Virus record (IMG/VR): IMGVR_UViG_3300028920_000011
Location: 1-46,885 of that record
From: a virus
Reading direction: 5' to 3' (one strand)
DNA length: 46,885 nt
The notes beneath the pieces are model-generated. The model saw only the letters and a program-made list of their open reading frames with translations, did no database searches and had not been told where the DNA came from. Positions within the stretch are counted from its first letter, which is position 1. Each line of letters starts with the position of its first letter. A program made the position numbers and the translations under genes. Of this stretch, positions 24,865-34,792 are shown in pieces.

Positions 24865-26298
24865 ATGGCAAAATCAGACGCACAGACCACTATTAGCCTC
24901 AACATCAAATCCGAGGATGCCGAGGCGTTGCAGGCGTTGACCAAATTGGCGGCAGCGCAAGAGAAGATTGAGAAAAACGCCAAACAGATAAACGAGGCGC
25001 AGCGGCAACAGAAACAGGAAGTAGAACAGGGCAGTTCTGCGTGGGATAGAATAACTGCGGCGGCGTCTGGCGCCATCGCCGGGATGATGTCTATCCAGAA
25101 GGTGACGCAACTCCTGGGCGATTACCTGGACTATTTAGATCGCATTGGCGACAAACAGGAAGACCTAGCAAAGTCCGCAGTCGAGTTGACACTATTAAAT
25201 CCCGGCCGGGAACAGGAGGCACTTTTTGCGGCGGCGCGACTGGGCCAGGAATATGGGATAGGGCCAGCCGAGTCGTGGGGGATTGTGCAGCCAATACAGT
25301 CCAATATTGGCGACCTCGACAAATCATTAGAAGCCAGCAGAACGGCCATGGCCATGGTTGGGCTCGGTACGGAACCCGAGATAGCGCGACGGCTTATAGC
25401 CTATGGCCAGCAGTTTGGGTACACGCCAGGCCAATCAACATCGCTTGTGTATGCCGCTGCACAACATTCGCAGTTCGGCCCAGGCGCCATGGCCGAGACG
25501 GTGCCGGGCTGGATGATGTGGGACGACCCAACCCTTGCCGCGGCGGCGGCATCGGTTGTTTCTGGCGCTGAGCAGGAACCTCGTCGGCTGCGGACTCTTT
25601 TAGAGGCGGCAAGTAGAAGTCTCACAAAAACAGAGAACCGCGCATATAAAGAACTGGGCTTTGCCGGTATACCGACATTTGGTGGTCGATTGGAGCGGCT
25701 GCGTTCTGCCCTGGGCGACGATATTAGCAAAGAGGGGCTGTCACGACTCGGTATCACCGAGACAGAAGAGCAGCGCAGCCTGTTTTTAATGTTAAGCAAC
25801 TGGGACAGAATCAAGCAAGAACAGGCGTTTATAGCGGGTCGAGACCCTGGCGTTGCCCAGAAGATGTTCGACTACGAATATAGCGCGAATCCACAAATGC
25901 GCCTGGCGCTCAAGGCACAGCGAGCACAGGCCATGGAGGACATACGCGATTTTTGGGCAAACGCCGAATACAGAAATCAGCAGATTGAAATGGCATCGGA
26001 ATTGGGTTTCGGCTGGGGAACAGAAGGCGGGAAAGTGACGCGCATTGGCATGCCGGCCGCCTTCCAACAGCGCTATGCCCCCCCGTTCGCTCGGGGTGCC
26101 CTTGGAACAACAATGCCCGAATCGGGGGGCGTTGCACTTGGCGCCGCCTTCGCCGACGCGATAATGAAGCTATTGGGACGAGCACCACAGGATAATGGCC
26201 GATTCAACCAAAATGTCGAGCGATATCTTGATCGAATCGAACAGAATACGCGCCAGGCTCCATCAGTCCCGGTAGACACAAACGCGAATGTTGAGTAG
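24865..26298 (+). CDS. Tape-measure-like or internal virion protein.
   Basis: An N-terminal coiled coil is followed by segments such as AMAMVGLGTEPEIARRLIAYGQQFGYTPGQS, which are reminiscent of TMP core repeats. At 477 aa it is short for a tape-measure protein. Confidence 0.35.
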   Translation: MAKSDAQTTISLNIKSEDAEALQALTKLAAAQEKIEKNAKQINEAQRQQKQEVEQGSSAWDRITAAASGAIAGMMSIQKVTQLLGDYLDYLDRIGDKQEDLAKSAVELTLLNPGREQEALFAAARLGQEYGIGPAESWGIVQPIQSNIGDLDKSLEASRTAMAMVGLGTEPEIARRLIAYGQQFGYTPGQSTSLVYAAAQHSQFGPGAMAETVPGWMMWDDPTLAAAAASVVSGAEQEPRRLRTLLEAASRSLTKTENRAYKELGFAGIPTFGGRLERLRSALGDDISKEGLSRLGITETEEQRSLFLMLSNWDRIKQEQAFIAGRDPGVAQKMFDYEYSANPQMRLALKAQRAQAMEDIRDFWANAEYRNQQIEMASELGFGWGTEGGKVTRIGMPAAFQQRYAPPFARGALGTTMPESGGVALGAAFADAIMKLLGRAPQDNGRFNQNVERYLDRIEQNTRQAPSVPVDTNANVE

Positions 26299-26304
26299 TT
26301 AGCT

Positions 26305-26685
26305 ATGGCATCGACATTAGGCAGTGAATCATTCTTCCATATTGGTCCTGTGCCGCACATGCCGGGGTATGTCGATTCGGAGATTACCAGGCCCGGTGTG
26401 GCCGGTATTGCGTTCCAGGAGGTGGGATTCCGCGCGCAACCCACCGCCGTGCAGACCGTCACGCTATGCGCCAACGCCGCCGCCGTGGGCACCAACCTAA
26501 CCAACTACAGCGCCATGCAGGGCAGCCTGTATACGTTTGTCAACGACCTTGGACTTACGTGGTACAACATCAAGGTGGTTGACGTGTCAATGGTGCACGT
26601 CTATCCAGTAGTTTCCAGCGTCCCTAGTGGCACTGCCTATGTGCTGATATGCCGATGGACGTTGCTCAACACGAATGCGTCGTAA
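26305..26685 (+). CDS. Hypothetical virion protein (126 aa).
   Basis: Track ORF, tightly packed in the tail module. Confidence 0.5.
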   Translation: MASTLGSESFFHIGPVPHMPGYVDSEITRPGVAGIAFQEVGFRAQPTAVQTVTLCANAAAVGTNLTNYSAMQGSLYTFVNDLGLTWYNIKVVDVSMVHVYPVVSSVPSGTAYVLICRWTLLNTNAS

Positions 26686-26697
26686 AGGTGGTGTGTA

Positions 26698-26958
26698 ATG
26701 GCAAACCGCAGAAGGCTCGCCCTGGTCGAGGTGACATGGCGGGACATTGTCAGCGATTCGAGCTGGACGCCCGATGACGAGGTAGACAAACAGCATCCTG
26801 CCGATTGCCGTAGCGTCGGATATCTCAGGCGATGGGACGACGACAACCTTCTCCTCTCCCACACTGTCAATGGCGATGGTAGCGACTATACCACTATCCC
26901 ATCGGGCGCAGTGTCGGGTGTGCGCAATCTAAGACGTGCCGGAGCGCGTACTCGATGA
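26698..26958 (+). CDS. Hypothetical protein (86 aa).
   Basis: Track ORF with an AAAGGTGG RBS. Confidence 0.5.
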   Translation: MANRRRLALVEVTWRDIVSDSSWTPDDEVDKQHPADCRSVGYLRRWDDDNLLLSHTVNGDGSDYTTIPSGAVSGVRNLRRAGARTR

Positions 26959-27491
26959 GCGTCACCTTTGACATACAGGAACAGCGCGGCCCCACCACAT
27001 GGTATTTCGCGTGGTCGTCTACAGAAGACGAGCCGTCCTACCGGGTCTATATCGACGGCGAATTGATTGACACCACGCCGCGTGCATGGAGGCAAGTCGA
27101 GGTTGAGGCCGGCGAGCAAATACAAATCGAGGTGCGTGACGATGCGACAGCGCCGCAGTCAGCATATCCGGGCCGTGTCTATTTGTCCTGGATTGCCGCC
27201 GAAGAAGACGACGGTACAGCCGCCGACAAATACCAAGTGGACGAGTATGTTGATTCGGAGTGGACCACGCGCGACACCATAGAATCACACGGGGAGTCAT
27301 GGTTCCAATGGCGCAGCCGGTATCTGGAGGACTGTACCACGCATCTGTTCCGCGTTATCCCCGTTATGACCAGCGGAAACGAAGGCACCACGCTCAATTT
27401 TAGTGTGTTAATGGTGCGCAGACCAGACCGGCCAACGGCGACATACTCCTATAGCAGCGACACAACGAAAGTAACCATCACGGTATCATAG
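26955..27491 (+). CDS. Hypothetical protein, possibly FN3/Ig-like.
   Basis: ATGA coupling. The beta-rich pattern WYFAWSSTEDEPSYRVYIDGELI is present. Confidence 0.45.
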   Translation: MSVTFDIQEQRGPTTWYFAWSSTEDEPSYRVYIDGELIDTTPRAWRQVEVEAGEQIQIEVRDDATAPQSAYPGRVYLSWIAAEEDDGTAADKYQVDEYVDSEWTTRDTIESHGESWFQWRSRYLEDCTTHLFRVIPVMTSGNEGTTLNFSVLMVRRPDRPTATYSYSSDTTKVTITVS

Positions 27492-27494
27492 CAT

Positions 27495-29516
27495 ATGGGT
27501 TCGGCTAATAGCGGAGTGGACGCAGTGGGCGTCTATTTGACAGGCGCAAGCGCGACGGGCGTAGCGCAACGAGACCATAGCGCGTCGCTAGGGCTGTACC
27601 GCGCGAACACCCGCGTGCAAGGACTGAGTATTCGCCGGTTCAACGCCCTGTCAAACGTAACGGTTGATTTCGTATCCGACAACAACGGGGCGGGCAACGG
27701 GTCGCTGGTTGCCACGTCGGCAGATACGCTGCGCTGGACTGCGCCCGATAGCACGACGCGCGGCGCGGTCGTCACCATCGCGAATGGCGAGACGAAGGCG
27801 TTGTATGATGGCGATGACACGGATAAGTTTATCCTTGTGACGCGTACCAGCGCCACCGATATGGCGGGCGCGGAAACCGTGCAGTTGATGGAGACGGTCA
27901 ACAACGTCATAGGCGGCACGAATTTCACGGGCGCGGAATCTACCGCCGGCGAGGAAAAGTATCGCGCGGTAATGTTCTACAACCAGTCCTCTGCATCGGC
28001 TACCGGCGTCAAGGTGTGGGTAGACGGAGACGAGGACCAGAACGTTCGTATAGCAAAAGAGGCGCCGGTATCGGGGGCGTTGACAGACGAAACGAGCAAC
28101 GGGGAAGAGACGCAACCCGGCGGGCTGTCTTGGAGCACGCCCACCTCCGAGGGTACCGCATTAGACCTTGGGACGTTGGCGACCAGCGCAGAATATGGGC
28201 TGTGGATAGAGCGCAGCGTTGACCCAGGCGCAACCGCGGAGGCGGAAGTCCAGACCGTCCTACACTATACGTTCACCTCGGGCGGCACACAATACTATGG
28301 CGAGTTGCGCGGCGTATCTCGCGTTGCCGAGGAGGGGTTGAGCGACTATCTGCTATATATAGGTGACGGCGCGTTACCCGATTTGTCGGGCGCGGCAGAT
28401 GAGGAATTCGATAGCGGCGATTCGCCCTACACCACTATCACGACATTCAGCGCAGACAAGACGTATTACCTGATACTAGCAGCACAGAACGAGTATGGGC
28501 TCAAGACGCTGGTTGAGAAGCCCGAAATGCTCTACATCGACGATGGTGGCGACGAAATGTACGCGCCACCGCATGCGCCCGAAACTGATAGCATTAACAT
28601 CCGCGCGGACGAAGACGGTACGCTGTATGTACAGGCGGCTTACTTTCCGGGTCGGGAGTCTACCACAAACACCACCGCAGAGACCCTGCGCGCTACCTCG
28701 TGGGTTCTCTACATCACCTCGGACGGCACCAACCCCGACCCGGATAATGATACCCCCGAGACCGAAGACATGTCTGCATCAACCCGGCTGGCCGGCGAGG
28801 TGCTGTCATGGACCTCCGAAGACGCATACTTAGAGGACACGCCATTAAAGGTTATCCCGCGCACCAGGCGCAACGACGGAACGGATGAGGTTCCGGTGTG
28901 GACAGAGAGCACCAATACCACCGTATACACCACCTACGCAGAATGGTGGGGCGCTAGGCGGCCTGCCGGGCTGGCTAGTCTTGGGGAATCTTATGGAAGC
29001 CCCGAAGTGGCATGGACGGCGCCATCGGACGATGTGACGTATATCGACGAGGGCAACAACATCTACTGGCAGATGAACGACGGCAAGACGCAACTATGGG
29101 CTGATACTACGCTCATTTGGACGATATACTATGACTCGGCAAACGAATCGAAGAGCGGGCTGTATACTACGTTCACATTTGATAGAGACGATATCTCTGG
29201 CACGGGCACAGACGATGCGGTCGAGGTAGACACGTGGAACGGTAGCAAAATCCTATATGTGTGCGTGAATGGCGAGCGGGTCATGAAGATAGACGTTGCT
29301 AACACGACTATCTATGCGGCGCGCATGTCGCATACCACGGACATCACCGGCACGGCGTCCGACTCGCCGGCATGGCGCAAGTACGCACACACCTGCTTCC
29401 AGGTGTGGGATCATCACACAGGCGAGTACAAGACGCCCGTTGAGGTGACGGATTCGGGGGTGTTGGTAATGGATGTTCCTTGGAGGCATAGGGACACGCA
29501 AGGAGAATGTGAATAA
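27495..29516 (+). CDS. Large virion structural protein (tail, baseplate or fibre).
   Basis: 673 aa, Thr/Gly/Asp-rich, in the tail module. Its stop overlaps the next start. Confidence 0.5.
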   Translation: MGSANSGVDAVGVYLTGASATGVAQRDHSASLGLYRANTRVQGLSIRRFNALSNVTVDFVSDNNGAGNGSLVATSADTLRWTAPDSTTRGAVVTIANGETKALYDGDDTDKFILVTRTSATDMAGAETVQLMETVNNVIGGTNFTGAESTAGEEKYRAVMFYNQSSASATGVKVWVDGDEDQNVRIAKEAPVSGALTDETSNGEETQPGGLSWSTPTSEGTALDLGTLATSAEYGLWIERSVDPGATAEAEVQTVLHYTFTSGGTQYYGELRGVSRVAEEGLSDYLLYIGDGALPDLSGAADEEFDSGDSPYTTITTFSADKTYYLILAAQNEYGLKTLVEKPEMLYIDDGGDEMYAPPHAPETDSINIRADEDGTLYVQAAYFPGRESTTNTTAETLRATSWVLYITSDGTNPDPDNDTPETEDMSASTRLAGEVLSWTSEDAYLEDTPLKVIPRTRRNDGTDEVPVWTESTNTTVYTTYAEWWGARRPAGLASLGESYGSPEVAWTAPSDDVTYIDEGNNIYWQMNDGKTQLWADTTLIWTIYYDSANESKSGLYTTFTFDRDDISGTGTDDAVEVDTWNGSKILYVCVNGERVMKIDVANTTIYAARMSHTTDITGTASDSPAWRKYAHTCFQVWDHHTGEYKTPVEVTDSGVLVMDVPWRHRDTQGECE

Positions 29517-31546
29517 TGTTTGAGAAGGTTTGGATTGCAATTATCGCGGGCATTGTGCTGGCCTGCTTGTGCATGGCGGCTCGGGGCGATACGGTAGCGA
29601 TAGACCTGGATGACGACGACAGCATCACGCTTGGCGCCGACACGGACGGCACGCTGATATACGATTCGGGAGACGACCGTGTAGAGTTGCGTGGGTCAAA
29701 AGACTTCTGGGTTCAAGATGACCTGGTTGTTGGCGGCGCGTTCACCTTGGTATCGACATTTAGCATGGCCGATGACCAGGCGTTGATATTCGGTGACGAT
29801 AGTGATATCCAGGTATTGTATGACGAGACGGCAGACAACCGGCTAGAATTCAGTGACGGCACCAACCTGCTTGCGTGGTTGACCGATGCTGGTACAACGG
29901 GAACATTTGGCGTTACAGAAGATATAAATATTTTAGACGACAAGGCGCTGGTGGTTGGTACTAATAGCGACATACAATACGGTTATGACGAGACGGGAGA
30001 CGACCGGGCGGAGTGGACAGACGGCACCAACCTGCTAGCATACCTTACCGATTCGGGCACTACGGGCGACTTCGGTATTACGGGCAATCTGGACATCGAC
30101 GGGACAACCAATTTAGACGACGACGTTACGCTATCCGACCAGAACGCGGACGGCGCGGCGTATGTCAAAATCACCAACACGAACGGCGGCACCAATGCGC
30201 GGTCGCAAATCTGGATGTATAACGACGGCAGCACGGGGCAAGCTACGTTCGGCCTTGCCGGTACGGGCTACACGACCGTAGCGGCGCTGCAAGACCGTCA
30301 GTATATGTATGCAGATACCGGAACAAGCGGCCAGGTGTTCTACTGCGCCGCCAACGCCGCCACGACCTTTTACAACAACTCGGCGCTAGGCATGACGCTG
30401 GAAGCGGACCACGATTTAATCTGCGAAGCAGACATCCAGGCGAAAGGCAATGATATCCGAGACCAGGGGGGCACGTGGATATCGTCGGATGGGTCGCAGA
30501 ACGGCACCGTTCACGGCACATGGACCGTCAATGACGGAACATCCTACGTGTACATCGGGCAGAACGACACCAATGCTGGCCAGTTCTATTGCTACGGTGC
30601 TGGAACCGGCGTGACTACGGGCGGGTCCTGCAAGATGTTTCCAGCTGCCGACCACGATTCACTCGTTGACTACTATGGCATGAGCGTGACTGGGGCCATT
30701 TGGTATATAGGGCCAAACGATGATTACGACTCAATTTACTACAACCCCACCACTGACATTTGGTATTTCTCTGGTGCCGCCGGGGTGTCCATTGCGGGGC
30801 CGCTAGACCAGAACGAGGACGTGGATATAGATTTCAACGCGAACGATGAGGAATTCAACCTGACGACATCGGCCACGGGTGCGAGCGGTTATGCCGCCGA
30901 CTCGGCGGTGGGGACGGTTTATGGCAGTGGCGCCGGGCAGAACAACAACACGTATTTGTGGCGGCTGCGCTGGGCCGCAAACGGTGACGCCCAAGAACAT
31001 TTTCTGGTGTGTGAGGACAACGACGGTACAGACCGCTTCAGTGTCAATGCTGGTGGTGTAGTTGCGGCGGCCGGGTCGATTTCTACGACGGCCGGCGCCA
31101 CCACCGCAGCCCTGGCGTTCGGAATGGGCGACACCGCCACCGAAGGCAGCCAGTTGATGGTCATCGACGAGACGGTTGACCTCACGGCGGCAGGCGCGAA
31201 GTTCGTCGCGCTGACCAACACCATCCCGGCGGGCTCGGTCATCGTCTCCGTGCAGGGCAACATCGAATCGGCCATCACGGCGGGCGGCACGAGCGTGACG
31301 GTGAGCTTGGGCCTAAACGCGACCGACCCGGACAAGTACGGGACGGTTAACGCTGGTGACTCGCTGTCGAAGAACGCCAAGCTAGACAAGATGGTGGCGT
31401 GGTCAGTGCTGGGCGCGGCAGAACAGATTGACGTGTGCGCGTGCGTGACGGGTGGCGCCGCGCTCGGCGATACGAATTTCAGCGCGGGCAGCGTGCGGGT
31501 GCGCGTTGTATACTGGCAATGCAATAGCCTGGATGATGCAGCGTAA
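29516..31546 (+). CDS. Fibre-like structural protein with an N-terminal hydrophobic segment and internal tandem duplication.
   Basis: MFEKVWIAIIAGIVLACLCMAARG at the N-terminus. Two units of about 59 aa are present: DDQALIFGDDSDIQVLYDETADNRLEFSDGTNLLAWLTDAGTTGTFGVT and DDKALVVGTNSDIQYGYDETGDDRAEWTDGTNLLAYLTDSGTTGDFGIT. Confidence 0.5.
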   Translation: MFEKVWIAIIAGIVLACLCMAARGDTVAIDLDDDDSITLGADTDGTLIYDSGDDRVELRGSKDFWVQDDLVVGGAFTLVSTFSMADDQALIFGDDSDIQVLYDETADNRLEFSDGTNLLAWLTDAGTTGTFGVTEDINILDDKALVVGTNSDIQYGYDETGDDRAEWTDGTNLLAYLTDSGTTGDFGITGNLDIDGTTNLDDDVTLSDQNADGAAYVKITNTNGGTNARSQIWMYNDGSTGQATFGLAGTGYTTVAALQDRQYMYADTGTSGQVFYCAANAATTFYNNSALGMTLEADHDLICEADIQAKGNDIRDQGGTWISSDGSQNGTVHGTWTVNDGTSYVYIGQNDTNAGQFYCYGAGTGVTTGGSCKMFPAADHDSLVDYYGMSVTGAIWYIGPNDDYDSIYYNPTTDIWYFSGAAGVSIAGPLDQNEDVDIDFNANDEEFNLTTSATGASGYAADSAVGTVYGSGAGQNNNTYLWRLRWAANGDAQEHFLVCEDNDGTDRFSVNAGGVVAAAGSISTTAGATTAALAFGMGDTATEGSQLMVIDETVDLTAAGAKFVALTNTIPAGSVIVSVQGNIESAITAGGTSVTVSLGLNATDPDKYGTVNAGDSLSKNAKLDKMVAWSVLGAAEQIDVCACVTGGAALGDTNFSAGSVRVRVVYWQCNSLDDAA

Positions 31547-31561
31547 AGGAGCGATTGGATA

Positions 31562-31702
31562 ATGAGACATATACATGTAATCATCTGTGTTATGGCGGCA
31601 TCATTGGTGCCGGCGGGTGTGGTGTTCGGCGACGGTTATCGCAAGAAGACATGGACAACCTGCGCGCATTGGGGTATTTGTGAGGAGGACTATCATGGGT
31701 AA
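31562..31702 (+). CDS. Small protein with an N-terminal hydrophobic or signal-like segment (46 aa).
   Basis: My own translation is MRHIHVIICVMAASLVPAGVVFGDGYRKKTWTTCAHWGICEEDYHG. AAAGGAG RBS. It falls below the track cutoff. Confidence 0.4.
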   Translation: MRHIHVIICVMAASLVPAGVVFGDGYRKKTWTTCAHWGICEEDYHG

Positions 31703-31835
31703 TAAGTGGAAACAGTGGCGAGCAATGACGCGAAAAGAACGGCTGGCGCGACTAAACGAGATTGGGTTTTGGGTCTTTTTGTACTTGATTGGTGTGGCGC
31801 TTGCGCTACGGTGGGTGTCGTGTCGTGTCGTATAA
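31695..31835 (+). CDS. Small membrane protein (46 aa).
   Basis: A GAGGAGG RBS precedes the start. Translation is MGNKWKQWRAMTRKERLARLNEIGFWVFLYLIGVALALRWVSCRVV. Confidence 0.5.
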   Translation: MGNKWKQWRAMTRKERLARLNEIGFWVFLYLIGVALALRWVSCRVV

Positions 31836-31916
31836 TGCCATAAAAGAAGAGGTTGTTGCGGCGATTCGTGTGCTGGTTGCGATAGGTATCGGATTCGCCT
31901 ACTTCTATGCGTTCCT

Positions 31917-32399
31917 ATGTTTTATCCGTTGGCGTTGGACGTTCCCGTGGTAGCATTGGCTTGGTGCGTTTTGCTTGAGGCGAGTCTCGGGCTGGCGCTG
32001 ATGATTTTGGTCATCGGTTTGGCCGCAAGCCTGGCTGGGCGAAAGGAGGTTGATATGCGTTATGCGTTAGGTGGTATTATAATCGTCGTGGCGTTGATGT
32101 CGTTTTTTGCGTATAGTGACGGCATTTGGACCGACGCGGCGAGCATGGGCCGCGCCATTGACGATTGTCCGCGCGACGTGTTGGCGGCACTAGAGGCGGC
32201 GGTCAAGATCTACGATGCATACAACCTAGCCGCGTACGTGGAGCGAGCCAGTATGCCGCACGCCTATGGCCTAGAATCCAACGCCTGGCGGGCCGAGAAA
32301 CAGTGGCGCGACTACGTGGCAACCGAAGGCGAAGACAGTATGCAGGTGATGCTGCTGGAACAGGGTATCCGGGCCATGATTGCCGCACAGGAGGAATGA
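31917..32399 (+). CDS. Membrane protein. An alternative 114-aa form starts at 32055.
   Basis: The track ORF has 2-3 hydrophobic segments. An AAAGGAGG RBS lies before ATG 32055 (MRYALGGIIIVVALMSFFAY...). Confidence 0.5.
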   Translation: MFYPLALDVPVVALAWCVLLEASLGLALMILVIGLAASLAGRKEVDMRYALGGIIIVVALMSFFAYSDGIWTDAASMGRAIDDCPRDVLAALEAAVKIYDAYNLAAYVERASMPHAYGLESNAWRAEKQWRDYVATEGEDSMQVMLLEQGIRAMIAAQEE

Positions 32400-32500
32400 T
32401 GCCTTGGCGACCGCTGAAAAGATGGGAGTGGTTTGTCGTCGGCGTGCTATGCGCCTATTTCGCGGCATTTGTGTTTGCAACTCTACTCAAGGGATGTTAG
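32396..32500 (+). CDS. Tiny membrane protein (34 aa).
   Basis: CAGGAGGA RBS. Translation is MMPWRPLKRWEWFVVGVLCAYFAAFVFATLLKGC. The start overlaps the upstream stop. Confidence 0.4.
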   Translation: MMPWRPLKRWEWFVVGVLCAYFAAFVFATLLKGC

Positions 32501-32506
32501 TGTAAT

Positions 32507-34792
32507 ATGGCCGTTACGCAAGCATGGGGCGAGTCGTGGGCGCCCGCATTGTACCCGGCGCCCCAGTTTGCCGTTTTTGTCAAACCGACGTGGGCCAGTA
32601 GTTGGGAATGGGTACCCTACCTCTATCCCGTCTCGGCACATGAGCGCACATCCCCATCTATCGGCTGGGCGGAGTTTCGGTATGAGTTTGGGAACATCAA
32701 ACGCGAGGACGCAACTACCTATGCCGTGTACTCGCCCAATATGCTGGATGGCTATTTTATCGCTATCCATGCGTTTGACGGATGGGGCGAGAAGAGGTTG
32801 TGGATAGGGGTTGTCCAGGAGGAGGTTGCGGAGCTATACGGCACTAGCACCTACCCGTCTGGCATCCAGCAGTTTCGGGCTGTTGGGCTGGAATACATAT
32901 TAGACCGATTCACCATTACGGGCAGTTGGACGGATGATGGACTAATTGACCGGCCCTTAATCTTCAACAGCCGCAAATCGCGCGGCCACCGCAAGACAGG
33001 GAACAGGTCGTCAAGCGTAGATGGCACCTACGGTGTCTACACGTTCTCGACCGATAACGAGGAATGGACCAACCGCGATATTGTGCGGCATATCCTGGGC
33101 GTACACGCAAACGCCGTCAGCGACCTGACGTTTACCACCTCGGGCTTGACGGGCGCCATCAACGACATCGTTGAAATACAATCGTTGCACGGCATGACAG
33201 TCAAGCGGGCGTTGGACAAACTGATAGACCGGCACCGCGGGCTTGGGTGGCGCATCCTCACCACGGGCAGCGGCAATTTGCATGTAGACATTTTCTCGAC
33301 ACTATCCGACCCGATTAGCGTGGGCGATTATGTCATCCCCGCAAATCAGGATCAATACATAATCAACCTGGAAGGCGTCATAGACGCGCATGGCATATTT
33401 CATTTCAGCGACCTGGCCGCATATGACACCATACTTGTACAGGGCGGGCCAATCTATGCGTGTGCCTCGTTCTCAATCGCCGACGGCACACTAGAGGAGG
33501 GATGGACCAGCACCGAGGAGGACGAATACCGCGAATGTACCGAGAGCAGCGGAAGCGATGCCCAGGACTATGACCGCTACCGCAACGCGGACGAATTCGC
33601 CCGCGTGTTCCGTTATCTCAGGGTGCCGCCCACCTGGGGATTCACGGCCAACAACGGGCAGGATAGCGGCACCGACACAATAGTATGCCCCATTCTGCTG
33701 GATGATGGCACGTTTGACTATACTACTAGCGCGTCAACCTATTATCCCGGCCTCGTATTCGAGCGAGAACTGCCGTTTGCCGAGACCGTGAACGTCGAGA
33801 ACGGCGAGTCGGAATACCGCAAAGCCCTATGGGTCGTGAAAGACCAGGACGGCACCCATTGGCAGTTTGCGGAGCGGTACACGTTCCAGGAGACCATGTA
33901 TCCAGTTGGGATAACCGTCTCAGATAGCGAGCTGGGTGTGCGGCTGCACATACCACACGGCCATCTCGTCGCGTTGAACCACTGGGATTCGCCCGCCGAT
34001 TCCGAGGTTGACCCTGTGATGGACTATGAGCAGGGAATCCTAACAGCCATGTTTGCCACCGACCAGCGCCTATTCGTTCGCACGAGCCTCGGGTATCCGC
34101 TTGTGGCCGATGCGCCGCGCGAAAAGGTTATCCACGTGCCGGATGCCGTGGCATGGTATGTGCTGCCAGGCACAGTTATTGATATAGACGACGGTGCGCT
34201 GAGTCGATACGACGGGGCTGGCGAAGACGACAACTGGGAACGCGACGATAGCGACCGGCTCAGAAGCATTGCGGCATTTGCGGCGGCATGGTATGGGCAG
34301 TCTAAGGCCACCGCCTCCCTACAGATTAGGCAAATAACGCTGATGCATCCAGCCGGCTCGATGATACGCGGGGCCTATGGTTCCTGGCATTCTATTGAGG
34401 TTAACACGACCGTCACGGCCCGCGACTGGGATTTCGTCAACATGACGACCAACATACAAACAGGGTTCGACGAGCTGCGCGTTGACAGGAGCGCACAGAC
34501 GTTTCTCCCGACGGTTGCCACGTCCTCGGCATATAGCGGGCAGGACATTGGGAGTATCCCGGCGGCGACCGGCCGGCCCATTACACAGGGGACTATAGAC
34601 TGGCTTGAGCAGAACAACATGCCACTGCTAGCTTCGGCAGCCCGCAGGGCCGGCACAGGGCGCCACAAGGCGTCCTGGCAAGACGATGTTGAGGGCAACG
34701 CCGCGCTATACGAGGCGCAAGAGGCCGCGCAAGAGGCCATCAAGAATATGCCGCCGTTTATGGTTCCGTGGTTTGGCGGGGGGGTATTGTAG
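32507..34792 (+). CDS. Large tail or host-specificity-type structural protein (761 aa).
   Basis: The call rests on size and position upstream of the fibre genes. No motif was recognised. Confidence 0.45.
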   Translation: MAVTQAWGESWAPALYPAPQFAVFVKPTWASSWEWVPYLYPVSAHERTSPSIGWAEFRYEFGNIKREDATTYAVYSPNMLDGYFIAIHAFDGWGEKRLWIGVVQEEVAELYGTSTYPSGIQQFRAVGLEYILDRFTITGSWTDDGLIDRPLIFNSRKSRGHRKTGNRSSSVDGTYGVYTFSTDNEEWTNRDIVRHILGVHANAVSDLTFTTSGLTGAINDIVEIQSLHGMTVKRALDKLIDRHRGLGWRILTTGSGNLHVDIFSTLSDPISVGDYVIPANQDQYIINLEGVIDAHGIFHFSDLAAYDTILVQGGPIYACASFSIADGTLEEGWTSTEEDEYRECTESSGSDAQDYDRYRNADEFARVFRYLRVPPTWGFTANNGQDSGTDTIVCPILLDDGTFDYTTSASTYYPGLVFERELPFAETVNVENGESEYRKALWVVKDQDGTHWQFAERYTFQETMYPVGITVSDSELGVRLHIPHGHLVALNHWDSPADSEVDPVMDYEQGILTAMFATDQRLFVRTSLGYPLVADAPREKVIHVPDAVAWYVLPGTVIDIDDGALSRYDGAGEDDNWERDDSDRLRSIAAFAAAWYGQSKATASLQIRQITLMHPAGSMIRGAYGSWHSIEVNTTVTARDWDFVNMTTNIQTGFDELRVDRSAQTFLPTVATSSAYSGQDIGSIPAATGRPITQGTIDWLEQNNMPLLASAARRAGTGRHKASWQDDVEGNAALYEAQEAAQEAIKNMPPFMVPWFGGGVL

